Source of the DNA: Candidatus Rokuibacteriota bacterium
Lineage (GTDB): Bacteria > Methylomirabilota > Methylomirabilia > Rokubacteriales > CSP1-6
Length of the DNA: 64,000 nt
Reading direction: 5' to 3'
NCBI GenBank assembly: GCA_003220265.1
Contig: QHRW01000110.1
Coordinates: forward strand, 30,395 to 94,394
This document shows positions 28,111 through 37,567 of this stretch, in pieces. Both the position numbers and the translations under genes were made by a program. Under the pieces are notes generated by a model. The model saw only the letters and a list, made by a program, of their open reading frames with translations. It was not told the DNA's origin and did no database searches. Position 1 is the first letter of the stretch, and each line of letters begins with the position of its first letter.

Positions 28111-28893
28111 TCAGGCGCCGCGGAATTTCGCGGGCCGCTTCTCCTTGAACGCCGCCACGCCCTCGGCGTGATCGGCGGTCTGACGCACGATCGACATGTG
28201 CGAGCTCACGAGGTCCAGATGCGTGCGCAGGTCGAGCTTGAGGCTCTGGTAGACGAGCCGCTTGATCATGCGGATGGGGACCTGCGGGCCGTCGGCGATC
28301 TGGCGGGCCAGCGCGTACGTCTCGTCCTGGAGCTTGGCGTCCGGCACCACGCGCTGCACGATGCCGAGCCGGTGCGCCTCCGGCGCCTCGATGAAGTCCG
28401 CCGTCCACAAGAGCTCGAGCGCCTTGGCCGGGCCGACCAGGCGAGGCAGGAAGAAGGTGTCGCCGTCGCCGGGCACGAGGCCGACGCGCACGTAGCCCGT
28501 GGAGAAGCGCGCGCTCTCGGCGGCGATACGCATGTCGCACATCACGCACATGCCCATGCCGGCTCCGACGGCGAGGCCGTTGACCATGGCGATCACCGGC
28601 TTGTCCATCTGCTCGAGCTGCTTGGGCACGCGGTGCACGCCCTCCCATAGCGAGTTCTTGCCGTCGAGCGCCGTCGGCTCCCCCGAGCGCATGCGGCCCA
28701 CGTCGCCGCCGGAGCAGAAGGCGCGCCCGGCGCCGGTGACGATCACGACGTTGACATTGTCGTCGCGCTGGGCCTCGGCCAGCGACTTTTGCCAGGCGTC
28801 GATCATGTCGCCCGTGAACGCGTTGAGCTTGTCGGGGCGGTTCAGCGTGATGGTCGCGATCTTGTCCTTCACCTCGTAGAGCAGGTCAGCCAT
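28111..28893 (-). CDS. enoyl-CoA hydratase/isomerase family protein
   Basis: Crotonase fold with the oxyanion-hole region AFCSGGD and MVNGLAVGAG. Confidence 0.85.
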   Translation of the reverse strand: MADLLYEVKDKIATITLNRPDKLNAFTGDMIDAWQKSLAEAQRDDNVNVVIVTGAGRAFCSGGDVGRMRSGEPTALDGKNSLWEGVHRVPKQLEQMDKPVIAMVNGLAVGAGMGMCVMCDMRIAAESARFSTGYVRVGLVPGDGDTFFLPRLVGPAKALELLWTADFIEAPEAHRLGIVQRVVPDAKLQDETYALARQIADGPQVPIRMIKRLVYQSLKLDLRTHLDLVSSHMSIVRQTADHAEGVAAFKEKRPAKFRGA

Positions 28894-28903
28894 GGGGTCC
28901 TCG

Positions 28904-30079
28904 TCAGTCTTTCGGCAGGCCGAGCACGCGCTCGCCGAGGATGTTCTTGAGAATCTCCGTCGTGCCGGCACGGATGCCGCTCGCGCGCGCGAGCAGCTCG
29001 TAGAACTGCCACTGGCCCTCGTCGGGCGCCCACGGCCCGCCCGCGACCTGCGAGTACGGCCCGATCACCTGCGTGGCCGTCAGCGCCAGCTCCTGGTCGA
29101 GATGGCTCCAGAAGAGCTTGGACGTCGAGCCCTCCGGTCCCGGCGCGCCGCCTTTCAAGATCTTGGTGAGGCTGCGGTAGCCGTTGAGCTGCAGCGCCTG
29201 CTCGCCGATCCACAGCTCGGCGATCTTCTGGCGGACGACGGGGTCGGTGTTGCGCCCGCGGCTCTGCGTCAGCTTGACCAGGCGCTGGAGCGCGTTACGC
29301 AGCGAGATCGAGCGGATGAAGGTGAGCAGGTCGCGCTCGTAGGCGAGCGTGGTGATGGCGACACCCCAGCCCTCGTTGAGCCTGCCGACCAGGTTCTCCT
29401 TCGGCACCCGCACGTTGTCGAAGAACGTCTCGTTGAACTCGGCCTCGCCGGTGATCTGGCGCAGCGGCCGCACCGTGATGCCGGGCGTCTTCATGTCGAC
29501 GAGCAGGAACGAGATGCCCTTGTGCTTGGCCGCGCTGGGATCGGTGCGCACGAGGAGGAAGCACCAGTCGGCCACGTGGCCCATGCTGGTCCACACCTTC
29601 TGGCCGTTGACTATGAAGGCCTCGCCGTCCAGCACCGCTCTCGTCTGCAAGTTCGCCAGGTCCGATCCTGCATTCGGTTCTGAGAATCCCTGACACCAAA
29701 GCTCTTCCGCGGTCAAAATCTTCTGCAGGTGGCGCGTCTGCTGGGCCGGCGTGCCGTGCTTCATGAGCGTGGGGCCCAGCATCGACACGCCGCCGCGATT
29801 GACGATCTGCGGCGACTCGGCCCGCGCCATCTCCTGGTACAGGATCACCATCTCGGTGATCGGCGCCCCGCGCCCGCCGAACTCGCGGGGCCAGTCCATC
29901 CCGACGTACCCCGCCTCGGCCATCGTCTTCTGCCACGCCCGCAGCCGCCGCACCTCCTCCACATCCGCCCGCGACGCCGCAAACGCCCTCCCCTTCAAAT
30001 CCTCCGGCAGATTGCGCTCCAGCCACGCCCTGACTTCCTTCCGAAACGCCTCTTCGCTCTCTGTGAACTCGAAATTCAT
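28904..30079 (-). CDS. acyl-CoA dehydrogenase
   Basis: ACAD N-terminal, middle and C-terminal domains. Similarity across the full 391 aa. Confidence 0.9.
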   Translation of the reverse strand: MNFEFTESEEAFRKEVRAWLERNLPEDLKGRAFAASRADVEEVRRLRAWQKTMAEAGYVGMDWPREFGGRGAPITEMVILYQEMARAESPQIVNRGGVSMLGPTLMKHGTPAQQTRHLQKILTAEELWCQGFSEPNAGSDLANLQTRAVLDGEAFIVNGQKVWTSMGHVADWCFLLVRTDPSAAKHKGISFLLVDMKTPGITVRPLRQITGEAEFNETFFDNVRVPKENLVGRLNEGWGVAITTLAYERDLLTFIRSISLRNALQRLVKLTQSRGRNTDPVVRQKIAELWIGEQALQLNGYRSLTKILKGGAPGPEGSTSKLFWSHLDQELALTATQVIGPYSQVAGGPWAPDEGQWQFYELLARASGIRAGTTEILKNILGERVLGLPKD

Positions 30080-30172
30080 CCCTCTACCTCATGGGTGACC
30101 CACGAGCAGCAAGCGCTCGCACGGGCGACGAGAAGGGTCCAGACGGGCCCTTATCGCCGCCCGTCGCCGAGC

Positions 30173-30970
30173 TCAGTACATCACGCATCCACCATCCACC
30201 ATCAGCGCCTGGCCGGTGATGTACCGCGCTTCATCCGACGCGAGGAACACGGCGGCGTTGCCGATGTCCGCCGGCTCCTGCTCGCACTTCATGGGCACGA
30301 TGTCATTCACCCGCTTGTCGAACACCTGGCGCGGCGTCATGCCCTTGAAGGCGGGGTTGGTTTCGGCGATGTGCGCGGCCAGCTTCTGCCAGAAGTCCGT
30401 GTAGAGCACGCCGGGGCAGATCGCGTTCACGGTGATCTTGTGCGCGGCCAGCTCTTTGGCCACCACGCGGGTGAACGTGATGACGCCCTGCTTGGCCACG
30501 CTGTAGGCCGGCATGGTGGGCGCGCTCAGCGGCCCCGCGATGGAGGCGATGTTGATGATGCGGCCGGCCTTGCGCTCGATGAAGTAGGGCGCCACGGTTT
30601 TGCACGTCAGGAACACGGACTTGGTGTTCACGGCGAAGGCGCGATCCCAGTCTTCTTCCGTATTGTTCGTGAACGGCATGCCGGGCGGCGCCGCCATGCC
30701 GGCGTTGTTCACGAGGATGTCGATCTTGCCCAGCGCGTCGCGCGTGCGATCCACCATGACCTTGACGTCGGCGGAGCTGGTGACGTCGGTCTTCATCGCG
30801 AGGACCTTGCGCCCGAGCCCCTTCACCTCGTCGGCGACCTTCTCCGCGTTCAGCACCTGGATGTCGGGGATCGCGATGTCGGCGCCCTCGCGCGCGAGCG
30901 CCAGCACGATGCCGCGCCCGATGCCGCTGCCTCCGCCCGTGACGACGGCAACCTTGCCGGCAAGCCGCAT
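30173..30970 (-). CDS. SDR-family oxidoreductase
   Basis: The Rossmann motif TGGGSGIG, the NNAG motif and the YxxxK catalytic motif are present. GGAG ribosome-binding site. Confidence 0.85.
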   Translation of the reverse strand: MRLAGKVAVVTGGGSGIGRGIVLALAREGADIAIPDIQVLNAEKVADEVKGLGRKVLAMKTDVTSSADVKVMVDRTRDALGKIDILVNNAGMAAPPGMPFTNNTEEDWDRAFAVNTKSVFLTCKTVAPYFIERKAGRIINIASIAGPLSAPTMPAYSVAKQGVITFTRVVAKELAAHKITVNAICPGVLYTDFWQKLAAHIAETNPAFKGMTPRQVFDKRVNDIVPMKCEQEPADIGNAAVFLASDEARYITGQALMVDGGCVMY

Positions 30971-31013
30971 GGGATCTCCTTCCTCTATAATCGGATGCTT
31001 CCGGAGGGTCCCC

Positions 31014-33155
31014 ATGACATCACACCCGCTCAGGAGCCGCAACTGGTTCGGCCGTCAGGACCTCGACGGCTTCGTGCATCGCTCGTGGCTGAAGAGCGAG
31101 GGCTTCAGCGATCACGTCTTCGACGGCCGCCCCGTGATCGGCATCGCCAACTCGTGGTCCGAGCTCACGAACTGCAACGCGCACCTGCGCCAGGTGGCCG
31201 ACGCCGTCAAGCGCGGCGTGTGGTCGGCCGGCGGCTTTCCGCTGGAGTTCCCGACGATCTCGCTCGGCGAAGTCCTGATGAAGCCGACGACCATGATGTT
31301 CCGCAACCTGATGGCGATGGACGTCGAGGAGTGCATCCGCGCCTATCCGCTCGACGCCGTCGTGCTCCTCTCCGGCTGCGACAAGACCACGCCGGCCATG
31401 CTGATGGGGTCGGTGTGGCTGGCGCCGAAGCTGGCGCAGGCATCACGCGGTGACGCGGCGTGGCCGCTGCCGAGCGTCAAGCAACTACAGCAGAAAGAGT
31501 AGTCCGCCCTCGGGGTCGTGACGGCGCGCGAGCCTGATGTTAAACTGCCGCGGGTGGCCCGGACGCCCGGAAGAGGTCGCGGTAATGACGAAGTCGCTCA
31601 CGGGCGTTCGTATCCTGGTCGTCGAGGATGACGATGACAGTCGCTACTTTCTAGAGCATTCCCTGGCCGACGAGGGCGCCACGGTCATCGTGGCCGCCAC
31701 GGCCAAGGACGCCTTGCGCGACGTCACCGGTGCGGAAGTCGTCGTGACGGATCTCGCCATGCCGAACAACGACGGGATCTGGCTTCTGAACGAGATCAAC
31801 GGCCTGTCGCGGCCGGTGCCGGTCATCGTCCTGAGCGGCTATCATGAAAGCCAGCACTCGCAGCTTCGCGCGGCTCCCTTCATCCGCAAACTGCTGAAGC
31901 CGGTCAGCACTCGCGAACTAAGTCGGATCATCCGCGAGGTGCTCCACGGCGTGGTGACGGTGTCGGAGCACGGACGACTCCTTCTGGGATTGCTCAATCC
32001 TTTGGATGGCGGACTCTGCACCAAGTGCGTCGCCGACGCGCTGGAGTGCAGTCCTGAGGAGTCGTTGAAAGCGACGAAGAACCTGATCTCGAACGGTCTC
32101 GCGCTCGCCAAGCAAGACCTCTGCGCGCGGTGCGGGGAGGTGCAGCCGGTCACGCGCCTCCGTCCCTCACGGTAGGTTCCGACCGGCGACCTGGGGGGTG
32201 TGCCTGACGTCTGACTTCGACTAGAGGCGTTCGACAACGCGATCCGCGCGCTGATGGCGATCGGCGGGTCCACAAACGCGGTCATCCACCTCGTGGCCAT
32301 CGCCCGCGAGCCGGTCTTCCACTGGCGCTGTCGCGCTTCGACGAGCTGTCGCGCACGACACCCTTCCTGCTCAACGTGCGCCCGTCCGGCAAGTACCTGA
32401 TGGAGGACTTCTTCTACGCGGGCGGGCTGCCGGTCGTCCTCAAGGCGCTGCTGCCACTGCTGCTGGCCGACAACGTGCGCGACGCGAGCTGCTGGAACGA
32501 CGACGTCATCCGCCCGCTCGAGGTCCCGCTGGCCGCGGAAGGCGGCCTGGCCATCCTGCACGGCAATCTCTGTCTGGGCGGCGCCGTCATCAAGGTGTCG
32601 GCGGCGTCCGGTCATCTGCTCATGCACCGTGGTCGCGCCGTCGTGTTCGAGGACCACGCGGACCTGCACCGCCGCATCGACGATCCCGACCTGCCGATCG
32701 ACGCCTCCTCCGTGCTGGTGCTCAAGCACGTCGGGCCCAAGGGCGCGCCGGGCATGCCGGAGTGGGGCGCCGCGCCGGTGCCGGCCCGCCTGCTGAAGCA
32801 GGGTGTGAAAGACATGGTACGGATCTCCGATGCACGCATGAGCGGAACGTCATACGGCACCGTGGTGCTGCACGTGGCGCCGGAGTCGGCGGTGGGCGGG
32901 CCGCTGGCGCTGGTGCGCGACGGGGACGAGATCGAGCTGAACGTGCCTGCACGAACGCTGACGTTGAATGTGCCGGAGGGCGAGCTCGCGCGCCGGCGGG
33001 CCGCGTGGACGCCGCGCCCGCCGCACTTCACACGCGGCTACGGCAGCCTCTTCCTCGACCACGTGCTGCAGGCCGATGAGGGCTGCGACTTCGACTTCCT
33101 CCGCGGCCGTACCCCCGTTCGCCACGAGGACACTGCCGGCCCGTCGCATAGTTGA
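31014..33155 (+). pseudogene. IlvD/EDD-family dehydratase (sugar-acid dehydratase type) disrupted by an inserted cassette and a frameshift
   Basis: The N-terminal fragment (31014-31410) matches IlvD/EDD up to GCDKTTPAMLMG. The C-terminal homology resumes near 32213 ([31 protein letters not shown]) and needs a +1 frame change near 32300 to continue ([14 protein letters not shown]...[11 protein letters not shown]...GCDFDFL). About 135 aa of the middle are missing and are replaced by roughly 800 bp of lower-GC DNA. Confidence 0.7.
31585..32175 (+). CDS. single-domain response regulator with C-terminal Cys-rich (CxxC...CxxC zinc-ribbon-like) domain
   Basis: Receiver-domain motifs are present (VVEDDDD acidic pocket, phospho-acceptor Asp in VVVTDLAMP, conserved Lys in IRKLLKP). 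The C-terminal 70 aa carry CTKC and CARC pairs. GC content is visibly lower than the flanks. The gene sits inside the disrupted dehydratase gene. Confidence 0.7.
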   Translation: MTKSLTGVRILVVEDDDDSRYFLEHSLADEGATVIVAATAKDALRDVTGAEVVVTDLAMPNNDGIWLLNEINGLSRPVPVIVLSGYHESQHSQLRAAPFIRKLLKPVSTRELSRIIREVLHGVVTVSEHGRLLLGLLNPLDGGLCTKCVADALECSPEESLKATKNLISNGLALAKQDLCARCGEVQPVTRLRPSR

Positions 33156-33158
33156 AAT

Positions 33159-33179
33159 GGGGGCCCCGAAATGGCCCCC
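33159..33179. repeat. GGGGGCC-loop-GGCCCCC palindromic element, copy A (terminator-like hairpin after the dehydratase fragment)
   Basis: gggggccccgaaatggccccc: a 7-bp GC stem with a 7-nt loop. Related copies occur at 25633, 36038 and 54482. Confidence 0.6.
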
Positions 33180-33242
33180 AAACCCCCAACGCGCGTCGCG
33201 CGGCCGGCCAAGCCGTGGCGCTCCTCGATCACTCGAGGGCGA

Positions 33243-33824
33243 TCAGGGCGACTGGACGCTGTCGCGGAGGACGGGGACGCGCCGAGTGGGGACGCGACGA
33301 GCGACGTAGCGGGTCGAGACGGGCACCGCGACGTGAGTCAGCGTCGAAGAGCGGGACCAGTTGACGGAGGCCGTCTCGGCCACGACGAGCGGACGCGTTA
33401 CCTCGGGCGGAGTGGGCCGCGGATGAACGACACGCGGCGCCGCGTCCGGCGAGGCCGGCGGAGCCTCCGCGATGCTGGCGGACTCCTCGGCGGCCGGTGG
33501 TAAGACCGCGACGGCCGCCGGGACCGGGGGAAGCTCGTGCGTCGGCCGGGCGATGAGTACCAGGGCGACCATGGTGGCCAGCGAGGCGACCGCGAGCCCG
33601 GGCACCCACGCCGCCCCGCGACGGTCGGCGGACGCCCCGCGGTCGAACCGGGCCCGCAGGTGATCGGCCCGCACCCGCGCTGCACACTTGCTGCAGATTC
33701 CGTCCGTGACGCTGACATTCAGACCCTGCCAGCTGCCGATCCCGAGGATCTTGGTGTAGCCGTGATACCGGCGATGCCATGCACAACGTGAAATAAGCAC
33801 GATCCTCGATAGAGCAAACCCCAT
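33243..33824 (-). CDS. hypothetical membrane-anchored protein with N-terminal Cys/His cluster and Pro-rich periplasmic tail
   Basis: The ATG start lies 27 nt after the murQ stop. The features are C..H...H and CSKC residues, one TM helix (AAWVPGLAVASLATMVALVLIA) and a Pro/Ala-rich C-terminus. This anti-sigma-factor-like topology is not confirmed. Confidence 0.45.
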   Translation of the reverse strand: MGFALSRIVLISRCAWHRRYHGYTKILGIGSWQGLNVSVTDGICSKCAARVRADHLRARFDRGASADRRGAAWVPGLAVASLATMVALVLIARPTHELPPVPAAVAVLPPAAEESASIAEAPPASPDAAPRVVHPRPTPPEVTRPLVVAETASVNWSRSSTLTHVAVPVSTRYVARRVPTRRVPVLRDSVQSP

Positions 33825-33851
33825 GCCGCAGGTGGCGGGCGTGCGGGAACG

Positions 33852-34760
33852 TCAGCGGGCGGACGGCCGTTCTAGGACCGAGCGCAGGGACCCGTCGGCC
33901 GCCCGCAAGGCGCGGGCAGCGGCATCGGCTGGCAGGTTCCTGCGCGCCATCACGATCGCCACGCGCACGTTGCCGCGCGCGCCACGCAGCACTCGGCGCG
34001 CGCGTGCGCTCCCGACGCCCGCGATCTCGGCCACCAGCCGCTCGGCGCGCGCGCGCAGCTTCGCCGAGCGCGGTTGCAGATCTACCATCCGGTTGCCGTA
34101 AACCTTTCCCAGGCGCGTCATGCTCGCCGTCGTCAGCGTGTTGAGCACCAGCTTGGTGGCGGTGCCGGCCTTGAGACGGGTGGAGCCGGCGAGGACTTCG
34201 GGACCGGGCGCGGGCGCGATCAGCAAGGCGCGGCCCTCGGCACGAGCGGCGTTGCACGCCACCAGGATCGTGGCGGCCCCCCGGACGGAGGCCGCCGCCA
34301 GCGCCGCGCGCACGAACGGCGTCACGCCGCTGGCCGAGACGCCCACCACGACGTCACCGCGGCGGACACGCGCGCGCACCGCGCGGCGGGCCGCGCGCGC
34401 GTCGTCCTCCGCGCCCTCGCGCGAGCGGAAGACGGACGCGCGGCCGCCCGCCATGATGGCCTGCACGAGGGTGCGCGGCGTGCCGAAGGTCGGCGGGCAC
34501 TCGGCGGCTTCCAGCACGCCGAGGCGGCCGCTGGTGCCGGCGCCGACGAAGAAGAGGCGCCCGCCGTTGGCGAGCGAGGCGACGATGCGCTCGACGCCGG
34601 CCGCGATGGCCGGGGCCACGCGCCCCACCGCAGCCACCGCGCGGCGATCCTCGCGGTTCATCAGCGTGGCGATCGCGCGTGGGCCGAGGCGATCGAGGCT
34701 GCGGCTGCGGGGATTGACACGCTCGGTGGCGAGGCGCTCGTAGCGCACGCGCGACGGCAT
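33852..34760 (-). CDS. murQ: N-acetylmuramic acid 6-phosphate etherase
   Basis: SIS domain with MurQ-like blocks (GGRLFFVGAGTSGRLG, STRLKAGTATKLVLN). Confidence 0.85.
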   Translation of the reverse strand: MPSRVRYERLATERVNPRSRSLDRLGPRAIATLMNREDRRAVAAVGRVAPAIAAGVERIVASLANGGRLFFVGAGTSGRLGVLEAAECPPTFGTPRTLVQAIMAGGRASVFRSREGAEDDARAARRAVRARVRRGDVVVGVSASGVTPFVRAALAAASVRGAATILVACNAARAEGRALLIAPAPGPEVLAGSTRLKAGTATKLVLNTLTTASMTRLGKVYGNRMVDLQPRSAKLRARAERLVAEIAGVGSARARRVLRGARGNVRVAIVMARRNLPADAAARALRAADGSLRSVLERPSAR

Positions 34761-34802
34761 CGCGCGCATGGTAACACCCCGCTTGCGTTACACTCGGCGC
34801 CA

Positions 34803-35984
34803 GTGTCGAGCGTCCCGCGCGTCCAGTCCGGCCTCGACGTCCTCCTCCATCACCGCCTCGGACTCCTGCGCGGCCGCCGCTTCGGCATCCTTGCTCATCA
34901 GGCGTCCGTCGATGCGCGGCTCGAGCACGCCGTCGCGCTCCTGTCGGCCGTGCGCGGCGCCCGGCTCGCGGCGCTCTTCGCGCCCGAGCACGGCGTGTGG
35001 GGCGCGCCCCAGGACCTGATCTTCGTCGGCAACGAGCGCGATCCCGTCACCAGGCTGCGCGTGACGAGCCTCTACGGCGAGCGGCGCGAGCCGACGGCGG
35101 CGATGCTGCGCGGCCTCGACGTGCTGGTGATCGACCTGCAGGATGTCGGCGCGCGCTACTACACCTACCAGTGGACGATGGCGCTGGCGATGCGCGCGTG
35201 CGCGCGCGCCGGCGTGCGCGTGCTCGTGCTCGATCGCCCCAATCCGCTCGGCGGCGAGCTCGTCGAGGGCAACGTCCCCGATCCGGCCTTCGCCTCGTTC
35301 GTGGGGCTCTACCCGCTGCCCGCGCGCCCCGGGCTGACGATCGGCGAGGCCGCCCGCTACGTGAACGTGCGCCACGGTCTCGGCGCGGACCTCGACGTGG
35401 TGACCATGCGCGGCTGGCGCCGCCGCATGCTCTGGGAGGACACGGGGCTCGGCTGGGTGCCACCGTCGCCGAACATGCCGACCCCGGACACCGCGCGCGT
35501 CTATCCGGGAGGCTGCTTGATCGAGGGGACGAATCTTTCCGAGGGACGCGGCACCACGCGGCCGTTCGAGTGGGTGGGCGCACCGTGGCTCGACGCCCAC
35601 GCGTACGCGGCGGCGCTGGAGGCGGAGGGCCTGCCCGGCGTCGCCTTCCGTCCCGCGCGCTTCCGGCCCACGTTCCAGAAGCACGCCGGGCGTCTCTGCG
35701 GCGGCGTACAGATCCACGTGACCGACCGCGCGCGCTTCAAGCCGTTTCTCGCCGGCCTCGCCGTGATCGCCGTCGCGCGCCGCCAGGCACCGCGCGCGTT
35801 CCGCTGGCGTCGGCCGCCTTACGAGTTCGAACGGCGAAAGCTGCCCATCGACATCCTGCTCGGGACCGACACCATCCGCCGTGCGCTCACACGGGGCGCC
35901 ACGCTACGCGCGATCGAGCGAAGCTGGCAGCGCGACCTCGCCGCCTGGAAGCGCCGCCGACGTCCGTTTCTGGAATACCAATGA
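34803..35984 (+). CDS. namZ: DUF1343-family protein (exo-beta-N-acetylmuramidase NamZ-like)
   Basis: DUF1343 blocks are present (ALFAPEHG, LDVLVIDLQDVGARYYTYQWTM). GTG start, divergent from murQ. Confidence 0.8.
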   Translation: MSSVPRVQSGLDVLLHHRLGLLRGRRFGILAHQASVDARLEHAVALLSAVRGARLAALFAPEHGVWGAPQDLIFVGNERDPVTRLRVTSLYGERREPTAAMLRGLDVLVIDLQDVGARYYTYQWTMALAMRACARAGVRVLVLDRPNPLGGELVEGNVPDPAFASFVGLYPLPARPGLTIGEAARYVNVRHGLGADLDVVTMRGWRRRMLWEDTGLGWVPPSPNMPTPDTARVYPGGCLIEGTNLSEGRGTTRPFEWVGAPWLDAHAYAAALEAEGLPGVAFRPARFRPTFQKHAGRLCGGVQIHVTDRARFKPFLAGLAVIAVARRQAPRAFRWRRPPYEFERRKLPIDILLGTDTIRRALTRGATLRAIERSWQRDLAAWKRRRRPFLEYQ

Positions 35985-36037
35985 TCGGCCGAGGAGCGCC
36001 CCGGCTCCGGCGGGGCGCGACGAGCGACTGGGGGCGA

Positions 36038-36057
36038 GGGGGCCCTTCGAGGCCCCC
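36038..36057. repeat. GGGGGCC-loop-GGCCCCC palindromic element, copy C (between convergent genes; likely bidirectional terminator)
   Basis: gggggcccttcgaggccccc, followed by the AT-rich ttaattaaac that contains the stop of the minus-strand gene. Confidence 0.55.
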
Positions 36058-36060
36058 TAC

Positions 36061-36396
36061 TTAATTAAACAATCTGGTGAAGAAGTTCTTCACGCTGGCG
36101 CCGAAGGAGTTCGCGGTCTCCTTCAGGTTCTGCCACGTGCTCTTGGCCTCCGGCTCGGCGGCCTTGCCCGACTCCTTGAGCTTCTCGCCGGTGTACTTGC
36201 CGCCCTCGACGACGGTCTTGCCGATGCCCTTGGCCGTCTCTTCGATGCCGTCGCCGACCTTGCCCTGACCGATCTTCTTGGCGCCGGACTCGACCTGCCC
36301 GGTCGCCGACTTGACCTTGGAATCGTCGGCCGCGCCGGCCGGCGCCGTCGGCGCCAGCAACGCCACGAGGCTGAGTGCGAGGACGATGCGCTTCAT
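36061..36396 (-). CDS. small secreted Lys/Gly/Glu-rich hypothetical protein
   Basis: Signal peptide MKRIVLALSLVALLAPTAPAGA. The remainder is low-complexity. Confidence 0.5.
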   Translation of the reverse strand: MKRIVLALSLVALLAPTAPAGAADDSKVKSATGQVESGAKKIGQGKVGDGIEETAKGIGKTVVEGGKYTGEKLKESGKAAEPEAKSTWQNLKETANSFGASVKNFFTRLFN

Positions 36397-36454
36397 GGGT
36401 GACCTCCCGGCCCGCCGCGGGCCTGTCTTCAATGCTACCGCGTGCTGCCGAAGA

Positions 36455-36664
36455 TCACGACATCCGGTCGGAGGGCGGACGCAGACGAGCCAGCGGGTGG
36501 GACGGCGGCAGGTCGTGACTGGGGAGGCCGGTGGAGCGAGTCGAGGATTCCCACCACCACACGTCGCCGGCGACGGTATCGCGCGGCACCTCGCGATTGC
36601 CGTGCACGGTGCCGACCACGATCCAGAGCGCGGTCAGGATGAGCACGGCGACGAAGATCCACAT
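36455..36664 (-). CDS. small hypothetical membrane protein
   Basis: An ATG start followed by one predicted TM helix (MWIFVAVLILTALWIVVGTV) and a WWW motif. Weak call. Confidence 0.3.
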   Translation of the reverse strand: MWIFVAVLILTALWIVVGTVHGNREVPRDTVAGDVWWWESSTRSTGLPSHDLPPSHPLARLRPPSDRMS

Positions 36665-36701
36665 CGCGTCGTTCCTGCCTGTCGTGACTCGCGCGCGACG
36701 G

Positions 36702-37103
36702 TTACTTGGTCGTGCGCGTGGCGGCCGTGGTGACGGCGCCGCTCGAGCTGCGCTCCTGCTGCTGCTGGTAGCGGCTGACCACCTGGCCGAGGTTCTTTTC
36801 GGCCAGCAGGCCCTGGGACTTCATCGTCTGGAAGACCTTGCCCCAGCTCTGACCGTTCTGCTTCATGGCCGCGATCTGATCGATCGTGAGCGCCTTGGGC
36901 GCGGCGGCCGTCGTGGCGCCGCCGGTCTTCGTCATCGGCATCGCGGTGGTCAGCTGTGCCTCGAACAGCGCGCGGGCGACCTTGGCGTTGCCGGGCGACA
37001 GCTTCGCGTAGGCGCCGTCGACCGTGGCCTGGGCGCCGGCCGGCGACGCGGACACCGCGCCGAAGAGCAGCAGGAGACCTGCGAGTGCGGATGCGTTGCC
37101 CAT
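36702..37103 (-). CDS. secreted hypothetical protein
   Basis: Signal peptide MGNASALAGLLLLFGAVSASPAGAQA. Start taken at the internal Met of the track ORF. Confidence 0.5.
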   Translation of the reverse strand: MGNASALAGLLLLFGAVSASPAGAQATVDGAYAKLSPGNAKVARALFEAQLTTAMPMTKTGGATTAAAPKALTIDQIAAMKQNGQSWGKVFQTMKSQGLLAEKNLGQVVSRYQQQQERSSSGAVTTAATRTTK

Positions 37104-37117
37104 GGTCGCGATTCCCC

Positions 37118-37567
37118 CTATTTGGCGCGGCGCGACATCGCGGGCATGCCGTCGAGCGTGCGCTCGGTCTGGACGATGATCTCGCCCGCCGTCGCCCGAT
37201 CCCGCCATGCCCAGGCGTGCTTCGCGGTGATCCGCATGCGCGTCGTGCGCTCGGTGATCTGTTCGAGTTCCACGTAAACCATCCGGTCGCCGGCGGCGGC
37301 CACCATCGCCCGGCAGCCGTCTTCCTTGATCTTGTCGCTCTTGAGCGTGATCTCCATGCGCTTGAAGGTCGTCAGCGTGGCGCGGCGCAGGTGCTCGACG
37401 GGTGCGCTGAACGTGCGATACGCGATGCCGTCGAGCGTGAAGTTCACGCTCTGGGCGGGCGCCTTGCCCGTGCCGTTGACGGTCAAAGGAAAGCCCATCG
37501 CGGCGCAGCCCTGGCCGGCCAGCGCTGCCGCCACGATCAACGCGATGCCTCGAATGCGACGCACCAT
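37118..37567 (-). CDS. hypothetical lipoprotein
   Basis: Lipobox LAGQGC after a short positively charged N-terminus. Confidence 0.55.
   Translation of the reverse strand: MVRRIRGIALIVAAALAGQGCAAMGFPLTVNGTGKAPAQSVNFTLDGIAYRTFSAPVEHLRRATLTTFKRMEITLKSDKIKEDGCRAMVAAAGDRMVYVELEQITERTTRMRITAKHAWAWRDRATAGEIIVQTERTLDGMPAMSRRAK

Noticed and set aside
31410-32212. Insertion sequence / transposon as the cause of the dehydratase disruption
   Set aside because: No transposase, integrase or terminal inverted repeats are evident. The insert carries only a response-regulator gene. Only weakly similar short sequences sit at the junctions, so I describe it as an indel/replacement of unknown mechanism.
33229-34257. 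Minus-strand ORF 33229..34257 (342 aa, Arg-rich)
   Set aside because: It overlaps murQ and the Cys/His membrane protein in another frame and has spurious GC-driven composition.
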